A DNA stretch of 64,000 bases. Source: an uncultured Planctomycetia bacterium (GTDB lineage: Bacteria > Omnitrophota > Gorgyraeia > 2-02-FULL-51-18). The translations under genes were made by a program, and so were the position numbers. The notes beneath the pieces were generated by a model, which was not told where the DNA came from, did no database searches, and was given only the letters and a program-made list of their open reading frames with translations. Where the stretch lies: the NCBI GenBank assembly GCA_964628355.1, contig CAZVNB010000029.1, positions 3,155 through 67,154 on the forward strand, written 5' to 3'. Positions 59,372 through 64,000 of the stretch are shown one piece after another (the first letter of the stretch is position 1; each line of letters opens with the position of its first letter).

Positions 59372-59740
59372 ATGGAAAGCCGTCTCTGCCTATTCTGTAA
59401 CGCAGCGTTTAGCCCGAATAAATATTCCCCAAGGCAAAAAATATGCTCTAACCCCGATTGCCAGAAAAAACGCCAGCTGGATAGCATGAAGATCTGGCGC
59501 AAAAAAAATCCGAATTATTTTAAGTACGACGAGTCCAAAGGCATGGAGTGGCTGGAACTTCAGAGAAAACGTTCGAAGTTGTGGCGTGGAAAAAATCCAG
59601 ACAAGGTGCGATCGTACCGCCTGTCGCATAATCAAGAGTACCGGCAGTACATGCGCACTTACATGCGGCAATACCGTCAAAAAAAGAAAGGCCAATCGGC
59701 GCTTTCTTCCCCTTCTCCGGAGAGTCCCAGCTCTTCTTAA
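59372..59740 (+). CDS. Small zinc-ribbon protein with a highly basic, Tyr-rich tail; hypothetical
   Basis: C-x2-C-x14-C-x4-C (CLFCN...CSNPDC) is followed by WRKKNPNYFKY...YRQYMRTYMRQYRQKKK. It starts 3 nt after the ROK2 stop. Confidence 0.45.
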   Translation: MESRLCLFCNAAFSPNKYSPRQKICSNPDCQKKRQLDSMKIWRKKNPNYFKYDESKGMEWLELQRKRSKLWRGKNPDKVRSYRLSHNQEYRQYMRTYMRQYRQKKKGQSALSSPSPESPSSS

Positions 59741-59778
59741 AATCATCGCGAACCTTTAAATATCCTGTGGGAGAAACC

Positions 59779-60774
59779 ATGTTGCAACTTATTTTGAAAG
59801 TGCGCTCGGAGGTGTTGGAAGGCAATCCCATCGGTTATGAAGACGCGCTTGCGCTCACGGAGGTTGGGCGGTCCCTGATTCCTTATCTGGCCGCCGTGGC
59901 CAACGAAGTGCGAGAAAAATTTGTGGGCAATCAAATCGAATCCTGCGCGCTTTCAAACATCAAAAGCGGTAATTGCAGCGAGGATTGCAAGTTTTGCGCG
60001 CAGTCAGGACATTACAAAACGGATTCGCCCGTGTACCCGCAACTCGGTGTCGATGAAATCGTAGAGCAAGCCAAAGCAGCCCAAGCGATGGGGGCCAGTG
60101 AATTTTGCATGGTGTCCAGCGGTTGGGGCGCGACCAGCCAGAAGGAATTTTCTGTTGTTCTCGAGGCCGTGCAACGCATCAAAGCCGAAACGAATCTTTT
60201 TGTCGATTGCTCGCTGGGATTTCTTACAGGGGAACAAATGTCCCAATTGAAACAAGCCGGTCTTTTTCGCAACAATCACAATCTGGAGGCCTCGCGTGGC
60301 TATTTTGAAAAAATATGCACGACACATACCTATCAACAGCGTGTGGACCATGTGCAGATGGTCCGGCATTATGGGATTCATCCGTGCTCGGGCGGTATTT
60401 TCGGGATGGGCGAGAGTCCCAAGGATCGTGTGGACCTGGCGTTTGATTTAAAAAAATTGAATGCGGAGTGCGTACCGATCAACATTTTAAACCCGCGTCC
60501 CGGCACGCCGCTGGGTGATGTCGAACCCCTTTTGCCGTTGGAGGTCATTAAAACCATCGCGCTGTATCGTTTAATACTGCCTACGAGCACCATTAAAATA
60601 GCCGGCGGACGCGAAGTCAATCTGCGCGATTTACAAGCGATGGCAATGCAGGCAGGCGCCAACGGACTCATCCTTGGAAATTATCTCACCACCATGGGAA
60701 GAAACCCGTCGCGTGACATTGAAATGTTAAAAGACCTTGGTTTTGAGGTGGTTCAACCGGTATCCGTCCGCTGA
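59779..60774 (+). CDS. bioB: Biotin synthase
   Basis: The radical-SAM motif CSEDCKFC is present. GGGAG lies 7 nt upstream of the ATG at 59779. Confidence 0.85.
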   Translation: MLQLILKVRSEVLEGNPIGYEDALALTEVGRSLIPYLAAVANEVREKFVGNQIESCALSNIKSGNCSEDCKFCAQSGHYKTDSPVYPQLGVDEIVEQAKAAQAMGASEFCMVSSGWGATSQKEFSVVLEAVQRIKAETNLFVDCSLGFLTGEQMSQLKQAGLFRNNHNLEASRGYFEKICTTHTYQQRVDHVQMVRHYGIHPCSGGIFGMGESPKDRVDLAFDLKKLNAECVPINILNPRPGTPLGDVEPLLPLEVIKTIALYRLILPTSTIKIAGGREVNLRDLQAMAMQAGANGLILGNYLTTMGRNPSRDIEMLKDLGFEVVQPVSVR

Positions 60775-60777
60775 CGC

Positions 60778-61922
60778 ATGGCTTTGACTTCTCTTTGGTC
60801 CGAGCTTGAATCGGATTTGGAGAGGCTTAAATCCCGTCATCTTTTTCGCGCTCTCCAAGAATTTTCACATCAAAGCAAAGCCGTCGATTTTTCTTCAAAC
60901 GATTACTTGAATCTGTCACAACACCCCAAAGTCATTCAAAGCGCTTTGTTGGCGACCAAACGATGGGGGACCGGAAGCGGAGCTTCCCGGTCGTTATCCG
61001 GAAATTTGAAAATTCACGCGGAACTAGAAAAAAAAATCGCGCTATTCAAAAAAGAACAGACCGCCACGATTTTTTCTTCCGGCTATCTTGCAAATCTTGG
61101 GGTTTTGAGCTCATTGGCTAACGAGAAAGATCTTATTTTGATGGATCGTTTGAATCACGCAAGTTTGTTTGATGGCGCGCGCCTTTCAAAAGCAAAATGG
61201 CAAGTATATCCGCATCGAAATATGGCTCAACTTAAAAAACTTCTTTCGAGAGCCAGGCTATTTAGAAGAAAATTTGTCGTGACGGACGCCTATTTTAGCA
61301 TGGACGGTACGGTGGCGCCGCTGGATGACTTGCTGGGTATTTGTGAACGTTACGGGGCAATTTTGATGGTCGATGAAGCGCATTCCACCGGTGTTTTTGG
61401 AAAGTCGGGCCGCGGGCTGACGGAGCAATTTGGTCTTGAAGGCAAAATTCCGGTGGTGATGGGGACTTTAAGCAAGGCCTTGGGGAGTGTGGGAGGTTTT
61501 GTCGTCGGAAGACGCGCGCTCAAAGAGACGCTTGTCAATTTTTGTCGCCCATTCATTTACACAACGGCGCCGTCTCCGGCGGCATCGGCCGCCTCCTTGC
61601 GCGCTTTGCAGCTTGTCGAAAAGGATAGTACTTTAAGAAAACGCCTTTGGGAGAATGTGAAATTTTTGCGCGAAGCTTTACAGACGGCTGGTTTTAAGCT
61701 AATGCATTCCCAAGGTCCCATTATTCCTATTTTGATAGGGGATGCGGCCAAAACAATCGCTCTGCGGGATGTTTTAAAAAAAGAAAATTTTATTGTTTCG
61801 GCGATTCGTCCGCCTACTGTACCCAAAGGAACTGATCGGTTGCGGCTTTCCGTCTCGGCTGCGCACACCCGTTTGCAGCTATTTTCATTCATGAGCGCTA
61901 TGAAAAAAATAAAGGACAGGGT

Positions 61923-61926
<4 letters not shown>
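60778..61926 (+). CDS. bioF: 8-amino-7-oxononanoate synthase
   Basis: It is an AOS-family PLP enzyme. The PLP-lysine region is GTLSKALGSVGGF. Confidence 0.8.
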
Positions 61927-63964
<2,038 letters not shown>

Positions 63965-64000
63965 TAAATTGATGGCTCAATAGAAAAAAATAAAGAATGA

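Overview
This 64 kb window is a bacterial chromosomal segment, roughly 50% GC by eye, from a diderm organism: LPS core genes, Mla, a TolC/RND pair and an H+-PPase are all present. All but one confidently called gene lie on the + strand, and most are tightly packed or translationally coupled by ATGA/GTGA overlaps. Most of the window is core housekeeping. In order: clpC (3' part), an AsmA-like membrane protein, mlaEFD, a yacL-type PIN/TRAM protein, ispD, ispF, cysE, cysS, tmk, holB, metG, a cysteine desulfurase, tatD, a CPBP protease, thiL, tsaE, tsaB, alr, ilvBNC-leuA, aroE, pilD, aroC, aroK, dprA, topA, xerC, then an LPS cluster (waaA, lpxK, an LpxL-ELM1 fusion, a GT4-GT9 fusion, a NodB deacetylase, GT9, GT9-GT9, a DUF3108-like protein). 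After the islet come an H+-PPase, dedA, a tolC-like gene, an RND pump, thrH, xth, GS type III, two ROK regulators with a small zinc-ribbon protein, and bioBFAD. Several gene orders (clpC...yacL-ispD-ispF-cysE-cysS; thiL-tsaE-tsaB; dprA-topA-xerC) mirror Bacillus-type synteny despite the outer-membrane gene content. The one clearly accessory stretch is about 42.5-45.4 kb, and it is the most likely place for something undescribed. It holds a HigB/HigA-like toxin-antitoxin cassette, flanked by a duplicated 3' end of the upstream DUF3108-like gene. After it come an IS3-family transposase C-terminal remnant with a probable right inverted repeat, three copies of a 31-bp repeat and three copies of a second 50-85 bp repeat (one of them inverted). 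The islet also carries a tail-fibre-like protein with a C-terminal peptidase S74 (intramolecular chaperone) domain and, as the only minus-strand gene, a convergent secreted paralog-like protein. I cannot tell from sequence alone whether this is a decayed prophage or IS junction or a functional recombination-driven surface-fibre variation cassette. Other notable points are an in-frame ThiS-like domain at the N-terminus of topA, the LpxL-DUF1022 and multi-GT9 fusions in the LPS cluster, an RND/TolC pair with no adaptor gene, a 13-bp palindromic motif (AGATTACACAGAT) shared by two intergenic loci, and a coupled ROK-ROK-zinc-ribbon unit. No rRNA, tRNA or CRISPR array was recognised.
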